A stretch of DNA of 63,215 bases, filler included, from Reticulomyxa filosa (GCA_000512085.1; 17 parts of 17 records of this genome joined end to end with filler, not necessarily neighbours in it); one strand, 5' to 3'; positions 1 to 13,844 are shown, counted from the whole stretch's first letter. The notes: generated by a model from the letters alone, not told the origin. A program made the numbers and translations.

Positions 1-84
1 GGTATGTCAAAGTCATTGCATTATTATTATTATTATTTTTTTTTTTTTTTTGATATATATGTATACGTACGTATATATATATAG

Positions 85-1160
85 ATTGTTGGAAAAACTG
101 AAATTGAAGCAGAGACGGACACGGATATAACAACAACTGAAACGAAAACGCACGATGATTTACATGTCGAAATACGACCACGTCGGAAATGTATGGATTG
201 GTATGTTTGGGATGGCACCAGCCCAAACTCGTTGACAGACTTTCGTGAGATTTTGAAACAACAAGAATATGCTGCTCACTTCAGTTTTCCGATTGGAGGC
301 TTTGTCAACGTCCACTTGGTCTCTGATAACAATACTTGGATTCAACGCGCAGATGACGAAGTCACTGTTGGAACTTGGGTCTTTCTCAACGATATCAAGG
401 TGTTACATCAAACATCCGACAGCTCGCTCAAACTCGAAATGGACGATGCATCCACCTTCGCTAAAACTTCGTCTTCCGATAAATTTGTTCGGGAAAGACT
501 CAGGTTTAGATGTATACATATACACATACATATACATATATATATATTTTTTTTTTTTTTTTTTTTCTTCATACCTTTTTTGTGTCTTCACAGTAGGGAA
601 GCGATGATAATGAAAGATTACATAAATACCAACATGCTTTAAAAAATACTGCACACGTCTATGTTTTTCAGCCATGTGTATTACCAATTGGGCTCATGCA
701 ATATCGTCACTAAAGTGGTAAATGATGTGACCACTAATGAGTTTTATACCCCCGTTTCGAGCATTAAACAAACGTATCTTCCCGATTTGACTTATAAAAT
801 TCGGGGAAAAGTCATTAGCTGTGAGCCTAATAACGTGTCTTCCTTTATCATACAAAAGGGGTCTTCTATCGACATTGCCTTCATTATAAAAGTCCAAGAC
901 TCTAGTGATACGCTTAAGATTATCGTCAATGGCTCCGCTGCTGAATTATTCTTGGGAATAAAAGCCACCGATTTTCATTCCAAGTATTCCATCGTCTCCA
1001 AAAAAATGAATGCTTACTTGCACCTAAGGCAGTTGTTGACATACGTGTGCGCAGCTATACTGTTCCGTTGGATAAAAATTGGCTGCCGTCGGTGTCAATG
1101 AAAATAGACACAACCAAAATCATTGCATACCAACTCATTGACACTGTTATTACGGGTTGA
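85..1160 (+). CDS. POT1: POT1/TEBP-alpha-like telomeric ssDNA-binding OB-fold protein (5'-partial; exons 85-503 and 672-1160; one apparent 1-nt frameshift near 1013)
   Basis: WYVWDGT (POT1 OB2-type motif); C-terminal OB YKIRGKVISCEP...IKVQDSSDTLKIIV...AELFLGIKATDF. An alternative frame continues ..LLAPKAVVDIRVRSY...IAYQLIDTVITG* (TGA 1158-1160), resembling the POT1 C-terminus. GT-AG introns 2-84 and 504-671 keep frame. Confidence 0.8.
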
Positions 1161-2158
1161 AGGCTTGTTTTTGTGTCATGACAAGAGAAAAAGGAGTGTC
1201 TATGTTCCTTCGAAAGATTGTGCTTATTCTCTTACTTTTGAGAAATTTTTAATTAAGTTAATCCGAGCTATGCAAAGAAAAAAAACTGATGAGGAAGTTG
1301 CATGTTCCTTGAATCAGCAGAAAAAATTAATTTTAAATTGACAAAAAAAGAATTTTAAAAAAAGACGTTTGAATGAGTTGTTATTACTTTTCCCCTTAAA
1401 CCATTCCTAAAATCAAGCAAAACAAAAAATTCCCAACATGATGGGATACAAGAAACAAAAAAAGGAAGAGGAGCAAAATCACAATTAACTGATAGGGCCC
1501 ACACCAGCTAGACAAGTGGAAAGAAAAACTAAATAAATACTAAATGACTTTCTCCATTCCCTTGAAAAAACATACAATAAAAACCAAAAGAAAACAACAA
1601 CAAAAAAATTGAAAAAATATATTCACAAGACAAAAAAACAAGAAAGATGAGCATAGGGAAAGGAGGAGAGAGGAGAAGAGGAAAAAAAAAAAGAAAAAAA
1701 AGGTTAACCCTTTTCATCTTTCCCTTTTATGGTTTTTTTTCTCTCCCGTTTCTTCTCCACAGAAAAAAATAAAAAGAAAAAATAGATAAAGAATTTAAAG
1801 AAGAAATAAAAAATATGAGTGCGAAAAATAAAATGAAACAGTCAAACAAAAAAACGAGAGATGCCTTTTTTTTTTAGTAACACATATAGCGTACACACCC
1901 GAATACTGCAAAAAAAAAAAAAAACAAAGGTGCTTTGTTTCATATCATATTTGACTTAATGCAATTATTTTTATTCGATAACTCCACAACGGAACTAGAC
2001 GGAAAAAAAAGTTTCAATCCGATTGTATTTCATTGCCACTCTATGAAAGCCACAAGAAACTAAATGAAGGAAATAAGTGTATATACACACATATACATAT
2101 ATATATATATGATGTATATATAACTTGATTGGTATGAGAAAGATCATTCCAACTTTGT

Positions 2159-4123
2159 TCAGTGTGCGGAACAATGGTGATTTGGTTCAAAGCATGTCGA
2201 TCTAGATGGACTTGGTCTCTCAAAAAAAGATATGAGCAAAGTGTACAAGTGATCAATGTCTTGTGACAATAACAATTGTTCAAATGCAATTAGCAAGCAC
2301 TGAGTCTCTTTTCCAATGACTTCAATGGAGTCGACATTGTAATTGGAAAACGCGTGTGAATCCAATTGTAGAATAGTTTGATCGTCGTTTGTGATGTCAT
2401 TGGGAAGTCCATTGATTATGATACCTTTGTACAAATCTGGAATGTCGTCCAAGCGAGCATTGAATAGCTCTGCGATTGTTTCTTTGCTTGGCTTGGCCAT
2501 TACTTGCCGTAAGTCGGCCATACTGTGTCCCGCCAAGCGTATCACTCCTTTGTCGTTCGTGGTGATAACACGAGGCGGTAATCCTCGTAACTTTGAGATC
2601 ACCTGCACGGCCACATTCACTCGTAGTTTTTCTTTGGAGTCCAATGAAAGTCCGAGCAGAGAAGTGATATTCCATTTCGCGCACACGGCTTCCCAAAAGT
2701 GACTTGCTTTCAGGCAATTCAAAACCTCTGTATTTAATCCATTTTTGTGTGACTTTGTTGATCGAGTGACGTCATCTTCAGTATCCGTCTCCTCGTCCTC
2801 GTCCTCGTTCTCTTCCTCTTCTTCCTCCTCCTCCTCCTCCTCCTCTTCCGCTTCCACGCCGTTGCCACCATTTCCATTCGCAGTCGAGCTCAAGGGATAG
2901 CTGATGGCATTATTTGATTCGCTCAAGCTCATGTGCGAATCATTCGACAGACGCACCTGAACCTGATTGGCAATGTGTTCAGGAAACCCCATATTTTTTT
3001 TCAGTGCGTTTATGGTGCGTACCCGAAGTTGCTTTTTTTTATTGTGGGTTGTACACAAAACAAAACAAAACAATAGCTCAATAATACAATATATATATAT
3101 ATATATAATTACAATGTATAAAACAAAAACACCCTCCAACCCCTCCCCCCCCCAATCACACGTACCGACAATTTAGTTGGATCCATGACGGCTCGACAAG
3201 TGGCAATCAATACATTTTCGTTGACTTCAAAATGAATGGGATGCCAATCTCTCAACGCGGCCCTTTCAAAATTCATTAGCATGTCATCGCTGTCCAACAC
3301 TTGCAACGGCAGTCCATAAAACGCAACGCGGTTGGTTTGGATCTGTTGCACCGGCGTTGCAGTAGCCGATGTATTTGTGTTTGTATTTGTGTTTGTATTT
3401 GTATTTGTATTTGTATTCGTGTTTATACTTGTGCTCGTATTTGCATTGGGACTAGTCTCGCCGTCCGACTCTGTCGTTATGTTTGCATTGGCGGTCATAT
3501 TGGTGGAATTGAGGCCATTGGTGGTGGTGGTGGTTGTGTGATGAAGAAACAAAGGGAGTTGTGAGGGATGATAGAATTGCAATTGCGACAGATTTATCAA
3601 AAACAGGGGAATTTCGAGCTGTGTCAACCGTGACAATTTCATCATCGCGACAAACGGCTCAAATCCACACCACTTTTGGTCGCCACCGACAATTCGAACC
3701 CAAATTTCTGTGGCGAGTTCCAGTGTTATCTTTTGCACACGTGACATTAGTGAGTGATATTCATCAATTGACATGCGATCTTCTCTTTTGCTTTTCCGTC
3801 CTTCTCTCATCCACAATGGCATAAATACTGCACTATCTCGAGCTAACGACTCACCGTCTTTTTATTTATTTATTTGTTTTCTCGTCAATATTGATACAAC
3901 GTTCAAGGGAATGAGAAAGAAAGAAAGAGGGGAGGGATGCGAGGAGGAGGAGGAGGGGGGGGGGAGAGAGAGAAGGGAGAGGAAAAAATTTCAAGTTAAT
4001 ACTTTGTACTATCAAACAAACGATAGTTTTTTTATAGATAGATAAATACATTATGTATACACAAATGTATAGATTTTATTTTATTTCGTTTTGTTTATTT
4101 TGCTCAAAGTACGTACCCGTTGC
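2159..4123 (-). CDS. Multi-exon hypothetical protein with NT-repeat and acidic tracts (5'-partial; ends uncertain)
   Basis: ORFs 3109-3822 and 2159-3139 separated by a (TA)n/A-rich GT-AG intron (~3032-3165); upstream exon begins at 3857 with a candidate 7-nt micro-exon at 4117-4123. No family recognised. Confidence 0.6.
3370..3420. repeat. (GTATTT/GTGTTT)n hexamer microsatellite encoding (Asn-Thr)n on the minus strand
   Basis: Direct tandem repeat in the sequence. Confidence 0.9.
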
Positions 4124-4200
4124 CTATTTAATTTTTTTTTTTTCGCACAAACAAGCAAAAAAAAAAAAAAAAAAAACAAAATTTTTTTGTATTGCACTTT

Positions 4201-4300
4201 NNNNNNNNNNNNNNNNNNNNNNNNNNNNNNNNNNNNNNNNNNNNTTAATTAATTAANNNNNNNNNNNNNNNNNNNNNNNNNNNNNNNNNNNNNNNNNNNN
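4201..4300. other. Artificial contig spacer N44-TTAATTAATTAA-N44 (first of 16)
   Basis: Identical 100-bp spacers, with stops in all six frames, start at 4201, 6784, 9158, 13520, 19386, 22201, 37183, 38323, 39731, 44917, 47995, 50821, 53376, 54981, 56184 and 59906. Confidence 0.99.
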
Positions 4301-4346
4301 AAAAAAAAAAAAAAATTTTTTTTAAAAAAAAAAAAAAAAAAAGAAC

Positions 4347-5827
4347 CTGAAGCTTGTGCAAATAGAACCAAGCACACAAATGATTGGAATGAACATAGTT
4401 CGCCATGTTTTGACAACAATGGCCAAAACGCACAGTGCTAGAGGGATCGTGTACACCTCTTTTTGCTCCACATCTTTGCGCGAGGACTCGGTCATGTCTT
4501 GTACCATTGGGGTTTCTCCTGTAAACTTCACCACGATTTTGTCATTGCTCAGTCGTTGGCATTCGCCTTTGATATAATCGTTCATGTCTCTTGTCTCACT
4601 CGAGTCCGACTCTCCATCGTATCGAATGGTGCCTAACGCACTTTCACCCGCCGTCTTAAAAAAAAAACAACACACACACAAATAACAACAGCAGCAAAAG
4701 TTAGCACACTAAATATACAACAACATATGCATTTTAATTTTTTTATTGCAATTATTTAATTTTAAAAAAAAAAAAAAATGAGACCACGGAACATTATAAC
4801 CAATCTAAAAAAAAAAAAAGTTTGAAAAAAAAAACTGTTTTGCTTGTTTGACTTTTAAACTGAAATGAAAATCTTTTTTGATATCTTCTTCGCACGTTTT
4901 GTTGATTGACTTGTATTTGTTGCAGGTTGCCTGTGCGTCAAAGTAATCCTTATACGAAAAGATTATGTGTTTATTTGCCTCGGAGTACGTGTGCAAACTT
5001 GCATTGAGCTGTTGGCTCATATTTTGCAATTGTGGCAAGTCGTATATTGGATGATCGGTGTCACATTGTGCAGCCGGCGCTTTTTTTTTTTTTTTTAATT
5101 AAAAAAAAAGTTTGTTTTTATGGGTTTATTTTCTTTTGTTGGCTTCACTTTAGCCCGAGGGCAAAAAAAAAAAAAGGGGGTCGAACAATTCACGAGGGGG
5201 ATGTTTTTTTTTTTTTTTAAGTGAATAAAAAAAAAAATTGAAAAAATAAAAGTTGATAAATAATAATAATAAAGATAACTGCACGTATAATACACAATTA
5301 ATTCTTTTGTGGTTGCTATCGAGTGAAACTTTTTTCGAAATTCGTTTTGTGCTTTATAGGCTGTACATCCCCCCCCCAACCCCCGTTTTTTTTGTTGTTG
5401 TTGTTATTTTTGTTTCGTTTTAATTCATCCTCCCTTTTAACATACAAATTTTATATTTCAATTTTTTTTTTTTTAATCCCCCCCTTTTTTTCTCTCTTTT
5501 TTTTCTCTAAAGCTTTTCATCATTGAAAATAAGCCACTAGTTTTTTTGTGCTGTATGTAATTTGCAACAAAAAATAAAGTGTTCGAAGATTGGTAAGTAA
5601 AGACAAAAATAAAAATGCAAGCAGTAACCATCTGTATGTTTGGGTGGGTCGAATTCGAAATCAGTGAGACTCAACAATTCAAATCCATAACTCAACCCCA
5701 AAATCACCATTGCTGACCACCATACAATAATAATGACACGCCCCCACTTCCACGACACAAACCGAAAATACTTTTTGAAAATTTCTGGTTCGGGTAAGTC
5801 TTCCAATTCATCTTCCAAGGACTGCAT
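4347..5827 (-). CDS. MMPL/RND-family membrane transporter, N-terminal part (3'-partial, multi-exon)
   Basis: N-terminal TM (RVIIIVWWSAMVILGLSY), an extracellular loop, then VKFTGETPMVQDMTESSRKDVEQKEVYTIPLALCVLAIVVKTWRTMFIPII, matching the MMPL pattern 'TG..a...D.......D....E...lPl..llL..vf.s....llP'. Confidence 0.75.
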
Positions 5828-6883
5828 TGATTCTCTTTGGCGAGGAATAATACCCTTCTCTGACGAGGGGAAATGTCCAACAAAAAAAACAACCGCCGTA
5901 AAAAAAGGGAAAAAAAACCCACAAAAAACCTCTGTCGTTACTGCTTCGTCGTGTTTTTTAAACCCGTGAAAACGGTTGTCCAAATCCTTAAAAAGTTATG
6001 CACTGTATCCTCGAGTGTATCCATAAAATAATTCCCGCAAAAAAAAAAAGTAATTTTTTCCACCAATTCCAATTTTAGTTAATGTATTTATTTAAACCTT
6101 TTTTCAGATTAAAAAACCAAATTAAAGGTCGCTCTTCATAAATTATATTTATTTCACAAAATTGAACATGTACTGTTTTTTTGTTGGTTGGTCATGAAAT
6201 TTTAAAGATTCAATCAGAACAGACAGGATTAAGAACGAGTTTATGTGTCAGAAATGGTTGTGGATATGTGCAAACGAGTCGAAAGATCTAAATCAGCACT
6301 TTATAAAGACAATCGTTTTCACTACGAGTGAACAATTTGAAAAATTTTTTTTTATGCATGTTGTATGCTTTCTTAGAAAAAGATTGGGCTAATCGATAAT
6401 TTTAGGAAAAAAACTATGCTGAGTAATACAATGTACGTCCCTTTTAGAGTAGTCACTGTACGTTTTTCCAACCAGAGGTCACTGCTAACGAATTTGTCAA
6501 ACATAAGTTCATATTTTACGGTTTACACGTTACGCTCAAAGTTGTTTTCTTGGCAGTTTTTTAAGCTTTTTTAACTGGCATTGACAAAGAATTTTTTGTT
6601 GTTTATACTCCCTGTCGACTTAAAAAAAAAGGGTAGTACAATTCTGATGACCTGCAAAACATCAAAACGAGAAAGTCTTTTGTTTAGATAGAACAATTTG
6701 ATGAAATCAATAATAGATGTGTTGTTTGTTTATTATTTTTCCGTGAAGACGTGAGAGTGTTGTGCTCAGAGTTGGGAGGGGGGNNNNNNNNNNNNNNNNN
6801 NNNNNNNNNNNNNNNNNNNNNNNNNNNTTAATTAATTAANNNNNNNNNNNNNNNNNNNNNNNNNNNNNNNNNNNNNNNNNNNN

Positions 6884-8226
6884 ACAAGCAAAGACGTATT
6901 GTCCACTCAAAGAAACTTCCACCGACACTAAAGGCTCGGTGGTGGTGGTGATGGTGGTGATGGTGGTATCCGAGTGTGGTCGCACTTGCGATTGCAATTG
7001 TAATTTTGAATGCGAGTGTGATTTTGGTCTGGAGAGTGATGCACGAGGAGCATTGTCCAGTTGAACAAGAGAAGAGCGAGGAGGAGAAGAAGAAGGATTG
7101 AGAATTTTCTTATCAATCGAATATTGATTTAAAACGCGTCTGGAACGAAGATCAAACAATCGAATCAAGCCATCGTCCGAAGCACCCACCAAACAGCTGT
7201 TGTTCGGCAGCCAGCGAATACTATTGATATCCGTCTTTGTTCTGCCGAAGCGATGGGTGCAACTTTGTTTCATGCGCGTGTCCCAAATCAAGCAATTGCC
7301 ATCCACACCGCCACTGGCCAGCACATTACCATTACCATTATCATTACCATTGCCATTGCCATTGCCATTGCCATAACATAAATCGATACAGAGCACGTCT
7401 CCATCATGTCCTCGCAACACCCTTTCCGTCCGCTCTTTCTTCACATCCCACATTCTTATCGACCCATCTCCATGCGAGCTGCATATGTGATCCTCGTCGC
7501 TCCACTTCACACTCGATATGTACCCACTATGTCCACACGACAATTCTTTTGCTTTTACTACATTAACAAAAAAAAAAAAAAAAAAAAAAAATTAATATAC
7601 ATATATGCATATTACTATATATATATACATATATATGTATATGTATATAGTAATATGCATATATGTATATAACTTTGCACATAGCAGTCACGATTTGTTC
7701 CATAAATAGCCTTTTCCACATTGTAAATACTGACAATGTTATCCAAACCAGCCGTGGCTATGCAAGATCCTTGTCCACGCTGGTAGTCGCACGTCATCGT
7801 CCACTGGTTGCTCAACTCAATTGCACATTCTTTGTTTTCCCACAACACGTGAAATACCAGACAATAACCATCTGTCGCTATACTAGTTTTTTTATTTTTA
7901 TTTTTTTTTAAAAAAAAACAAAAAGTATGTTCTTGAAGAGGGAATACACCTTGCTCATCTTATCAATTTGCAGCTTACCTTGCAAAGTAGGTGTCGTTGG
8001 GTGACCAACTTATGTCATTGATCTTGCCGAAATGTCCTGGGTACACATGGTACACTGTAAACCTTGGCGTTTTTATCTTAGGCTCTGTGCGAGCTTTTAC
8101 CATGCTTTGCAGATAATCTGTTTTTTCTAACAATTGAGCTATTTTCTCTTTCAAGGCATTCACTTCTTTTGTTGCTATTTTCAATTGCTCCTGATGCGGT
8201 AGCTCCTGATATAATAGCATTTGCAT
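6884..8226 (-). CDS. Divergent heterotrimeric G-protein beta subunit-like WD40 protein (3'-partial, 3 exons seen)
   Basis: N-terminal coiled coil, then GHFGKINDISWS, WTMTCDY..IATAGLDNIVSIYN, GHSGYISSVKW..SSHGDGSIRMWD, GHDGDVLCID, ASGGVDGNCLIWD, DINSIRW..ASDDGLIRLFDLR, in G-beta order. Confidence 0.85.
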
Positions 8227-8902
8227 TTTCAAATTCGACTATTTTCCATTGTCTCCTTCCCTCCTCCCTTCCTCATTGATAGTAAGTCAAACCGGACACA
8301 AGATAACGCTTTGGAGTATTTTTATGTGCAGATTTTGTTGTGATGTAATTCCAATATTCATTTTTTTTGGTCTCTTATCAAAGTAGGACAGGACAGCTTT
8401 TTAAAAATTTTTATTTTTTTTCCTCTCCAGTGAGCAAGAAGGTGATCCTCTTTTGATTCCTTGTGCTAAAACCCAATAGTAATTTTTGTTTTGCCTTAAA
8501 AGGAGACAAATAAAACACAACTCAAAGAAACATGTGTACATAATTTGGACCAACAGGTAAAAACAAGAAAAAAAAAAAATGGAAGTGTCCACACGTTTAA
8601 TGGCAAAACTGAGGCCGATAGTGGCAGATATGGTACGGGAAAATGTGAAAGAGATGAGAAACCACGCACAGTATACATCAACAGACGAAGCGGAGCAGTT
8701 GAATTTTATGGCCGACGTTACGTTCGCAAAAAAAAAAAAAAAAAAGTGAACAGTAAGCGATCATGTTCCCATCTCATTGCTCTCCTTTTCTCTCCCTTCA
8801 CCCTTGGAAGTGGATAACTTTCATACGTATACGTATTGCTACATTGTTGCATCACGAACACTCAGCGCATATACGCATCACAATTTAAAAAAAAAAAAGA
8901 CA

Positions 8903-9157
8903 ATGGAATTATCTTTGGAAGCAGCGAATAAAGCGTTGGAAACGCATAAATTGATAAATAGAATGCTGTCACAACACAAAGCGACGATGGACATAAATAT
9001 AACGCGACAACTGGAAACAATCCAGCAAAACCAAGAGTTAATTGTAAAATGCAACGCAAAGACATTAATTGACAGCAGTAGTCATTATCAGCAACAGTAC
9101 ATGCCGGGATCGACGCAATGTCTATACTCCCCTTCCGTTAATGTTCCTGGCACAGGT
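8903..9157 (+). CDS. Hypothetical protein, first exon (truncated by contig end)
   Basis: ATG-initiated ORF MELSLEAANK..., ending at a CAG|GT at the contig edge. Confidence 0.45.
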
Positions 9158-9257
9158 NNNNNNNNNNNNNNNNNNNNNNNNNNNNNNNNNNNNNNNNNNN
9201 NTTAATTAATTAANNNNNNNNNNNNNNNNNNNNNNNNNNNNNNNNNNNNNNNNNNNN

Positions 9258-12200
9258 TATATTTGGAAGCTAAACCATCCCAGCATCCACAATCAAATGA
9301 TGAAATTTTATTCATTTTTTCAATTAAATGTTGTGCTTCATTCATTGTGAAATAGGCGAGACCAGGATAAGTATTTCGCAATGAAATACACTCTTTTTTC
9401 CATTTGTTCAATTTATCAATCCATTCTTTTCTGTTATTTTCAAATGTTTCAATTGAATCTTTGGCTTGTAATATCAATTTTTCCTTTTTGTCATGTCCGC
9501 CTCTTTCCCAATAATCAATTCGAATTGCATATATTTCTTTGCAAATTTCATACTGTAAGACTATCTTTTCAATTTTTTTTTTTTCTTCACTCGTCAAACC
9601 AAGCTTCAATCGATCGAGTGTATTCTCGATTGAATCACAATTCAAAGAAGTCATTCCAAATTGCAAAGTCAATCCTTCATATTTATCCATTTTTGATTTG
9701 ATCTTTGCAGAAAAATTTGGAAAGGCATTCAATTGATGAAGACCAAATATTGTTTCATAATCATTCAATACCCATTCGCCTGTTTGACCTGCTTGTTCGA
9801 ATTGTCCAAGCCTTTTTACCACGGACAATTGATCACCTTCCTTCATCAAGTGAAAAAGTTCTTCAAAATCCATGTCCAAACACTTTGTCAACTTGCTGCC
9901 AAAATTATTGCTTTGTTCGGGGAGTGTGAGTATAGCCTTTGCCAATTCACAAATCGATTGAAACGTGGCGTCCCAGATTATCTTTCTCATTGTTTGATTG
10001 ATTTCACGCAATGCGCCAACCAATTGACGAAACTTTTCATTTTGGGAATCATCCATTCTTTGAATTGTAAATTCAAATTGTGTTTGATCTGTAAAAATCC
10101 CATTGGTTGCCAAAGCTTGGATTTGTTTCTCATTATTGCAAATGGGTTCCAAAACATCTTTTTTATTTGAAATATCGCCAAAATAATGTTTGCATTTCAA
10201 ATACCATTCTGATGCCTCCTTTATGGATGCTTTGTTCTTTTTTTGTTCCGATTGAGCAATGATATATACAAAATCTTGCCACATTTCATTGTCTTTCAAA
10301 ATTTTAATTTTATGGATATTTTGAATTATCATGGTTGAGTTTTTTAATAGTCTCCAGTGCTCTTTTGTCTGCAAAAAATAAAAAGCGTTTTCTATGTCTA
10401 GTACATAGGTTTGTATTGTGTCTTTTTCTTGGTGTTTAGTGTCGGGAAATAAAATGTTCATCTCCAATTTCCAGTTTGTAATCTGGTATGGCTCTAAATC
10501 GATATATTGTAATGTATTGTTTTTAATTTTAGATATTAAATTATTCCAATCCAAATCTGCCTGTTTAAATACATCCATGAGATTGTCGATGGTGGAAATT
10601 AGATTGGGGTTGTATGCTGCTTGTCTTTTGTTCCACATTATATGAAACACATCGCTTTTCTCTCTATCCACCATCAATTGAAATTCCTTGCTGGAGTCAC
10701 TCAACAATTTTTTTTCTTTTTCAAATTTGATTTCAAAATCTGAAAGATAATAGCAATCTAAGTTTCTACAAAACTCATAAAGTGTATTTAATTCCATAGG
10801 AGGTTTTTCAAAATAACTACACAAAACTATCATGAAATTATCTGTTAATTTTTTATAATCGACGAATTTTTCCATTGCAAGATCTAACTTTGACAAGCCA
10901 ATTACATTTTCACCCAATTTACGAATACGCTCTTCATTTTCATCCTTTTTTAGGAAACCACAAAGAGAAAAAGTGAGCTTATCGTCTTTGATAATAGTAC
11001 CTAATATTTTCAACGTCTTTTGGATAAACTTCCACAAATCAGCAAGAATTTTTATTTGTTGACACTTGGTCAAAAATTCTTTCCATCCAATGCATGCTAC
11101 ACAATATTCCAACTCTTTCTTAAATAGCTCTATGTCGTGTTCACCTTCCTTATTTTGTGGAACTTTTTCTTCTTTCTCATCTTCATTAGAAACAATATTA
11201 TTTTTCGTCCAAAATAATGCATCTCTGTCACATTTGTGTTTTTTGTTTTGATAGTTCTATGCCTTAGTCGACAAAGTAAAACAAGAAAAAAAGGTTGTTT
11301 TGACAATACTGTTTAGATGGAATTTTGATAATCAATGACAACAGCCACGTCCATTCATCGATACTACCGTCTTGCTTTGAGAGCGATTCAATCACACAAT
11401 TTTTCAACTTATTACGAGAGTCTTCATCCCAACATTTGTTGTCAAAATGAAAACGATCGGCGTTTGATTCCACCAGTTCCTTAAATACTTTACGAAAGTC
11501 TTCCTCAATGCTATTGTATCGAGAAGGATGGAGGAACCATATTACCTTGCGATGGTAGCACTTGCCAGTGAATTCCTTATCAAAATAGTCAGAAACCCAC
11601 CATTCTCTTAGCGAATTAGTCAGCAGATTTGACCATTGGTTTTGATTCTTTTTAATATTTCTATGAAAGAGTTCAATCCAGACTTCCAAATTTTGCAAAG
11701 TGGTTATACCTTTTGCCAACAAGTTTATGGTAACATAGTTCACATTGTCATTTAATGATTGGCCTTCTAAATTTAATTCCTTTTTTTATGTTGTTTTTTT
11801 TTTTGCTTAATTAGAATTGGAAAAAGAGATTGAAATACAAAAGAGTCAAAAATTGTTAACATTCCACAAGATGTCAATCAAACGAGATACAACAGATTCG
11901 CAGTAATCTACTTGTCCATGAAAATTCTCAATTGTGATCAACAATTGATAATCGTGCTTCCAACTGTTGACATATTTTTTTATTTATTTTTTTTTGCACA
12001 ATGTTGTATAACAATTTGTAAGAAAAAAAAAACAAAAAAAGCCATTACATCATCTTTTGTTGTTGCATAAACGCCAAGAAAGCTAAAAATTTTTCAGATG
12101 ATTTCACTAATTCGATAAAATCAGTGTTAGTTTGGAATTGATTTAAAAATGAAGAGCCAGTTCCACCTCCTTCAAAGATACGAAGTTTATTAAGCTGCTC

Positions 12201-13519
12201 GAAATATTGACTCCATTGTTCAAAATCTGCTTGAAATACGATAAACATAACTTCCCAACACTTTTCGGCACGATTTGAACAGACATGATCCCACACATCC
12301 TTATCTTGTAGCAACAAAAATTCCAAAATGGATTGAGAGAGTTTCTTGTCCTTCTGGACAACCAGCAAATCAATGATATACTCTTCACTATACTTGAGAA
12401 CAATTACTTCTAACTTTCGTATACGTAAATCCGTTTTCAACACAGAAATAAGTTTTTTGTCTAGACCATCCTCTTTCCATTCTGGACACTCACTCTTTTC
12501 AAAACGTTGTGATAATTTAATTCCAGATGTGTTGTTTGTGGGGGACAATGACAAATAGTTCAAACATGGAGTGAGAAAAAAGAGATCCCATTTGGAATGC
12601 TTTTTATTGAGATATGACCTTATATCTTTGAGTAGCATCTCATTAATGACTGAAGGCAAGTTGCCTTGGTATTGTTCGAAAATGTATGAGATTACTTCAA
12701 ACCATTTCCAAGATGACCATTGTCCTACAGATGTGGCACTGCCTCCATTTTTCTTTGAATAATTCAATTTCCATTTACGCAATAGTAAATGTTGCAACAC
12801 CTTGTTTTTATTATTATTAGCTATTCTCTCTTTTTTTTCAACAAAAAAAAAATATATATATATTTCGCAAAACTGATGACAAGTTTATCTCTGTCGTTTC
12901 AAATTGTTGTATCTTTTTTTTCAATTCTTGTTCTGACCGCTCTAATCCTTTTTCAATTACCGATCCTATGTCTTTCTGTGCATTTGTAGCAAATTTCAAT
13001 GTGTCCACATCCTTGACGCCATCCAATAAATGATTCACAATAACTCCTTCCGCCATGACTTGATTTTGTGTAAATCTTCGAGTCGGAACGACAAAAACCA
13101 AGACATTGGATTTTATTGTGAATTCTTTCTTTTTGTCTTTGTACTGTGCATAAAGAAGTAGTTCTCTTTGTACTGTTTTAAGGTCTTTGTAATAAACAGT
13201 GGGTGTGATCTTTTGCAGTTCGCATTCTTTTTTTTTTGTATCACAAATTCAAGGTATTAATATAAACTTAAAAAAAAAAGAGCAAACACATACTTGTATC
13301 TTCATCATCTTTTAATGAAATGGATGGGATATTTGTTTCTGGTTCACAGACATAAATACGCAGATTCCTTTCTGGCAGTCGACTCCCGTTGTCGTCTTTG
13401 TTTGCAATTTGTTGACACGCTTTCAGTAGAGTGCTAATGTCTGTATCTTCGGTTAACCCTTGAAATGTTTGCACAATTTTCCAACACTTTTGCATTCCTA
13501 GACTTTGTTTGGATGAATC
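9258..13519 (-). CDS. Fragment of a giant RNF213/mysterin-like protein (region preceding the AAA+ modules; multi-exon, partial both ends)
   Basis: Long helical ORFs over the whole contig. The final segment EIYAIRIDYWERGG...WIDKLNKWKKECISLRNTYPGLAYFTMNEAQHL resembles the RNF213 'W...v...R..yy.LNyFT..Ql..L' motif upstream of AAA1. No Walker motif lies inside the contig. Confidence 0.6.
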
Positions 13520-13844
13520 NNNNNNNNNNNNNNNNNNNNNNNNNNNNNNNNNNNNNNNNNNNNTTAATTAATTAANNNNNNNNNNNNNNNNNNNNNNNNN
13601 NNNNNNNNNNNNNNNNNNNGGGGGGGGGGAAGAAAGGGGAGGAAGAAAAAAAAAAAAGATTGCACCAAAAAAAAAAAAAACTTGTATATAAATAATTGTA
13701 TTTACATATTTATGTATACATCACATATGTAATATATATTGCATACATGTTATTTTTATTGTTGGAAGGAGTAAGAAAAAATGTTGACAAGAATATGTGT
13801 TTTGTTGTTGTATAATTGTTGCGGTCTGGATTGGAGGAGTGTAG

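Noticed and set aside
4245-4256. TTAATTAATTAA repeated 16 times
   Set aside because: Always centred in 88 Ns: an artificial six-frame-stop linker, not a biological repeat or CRISPR array.
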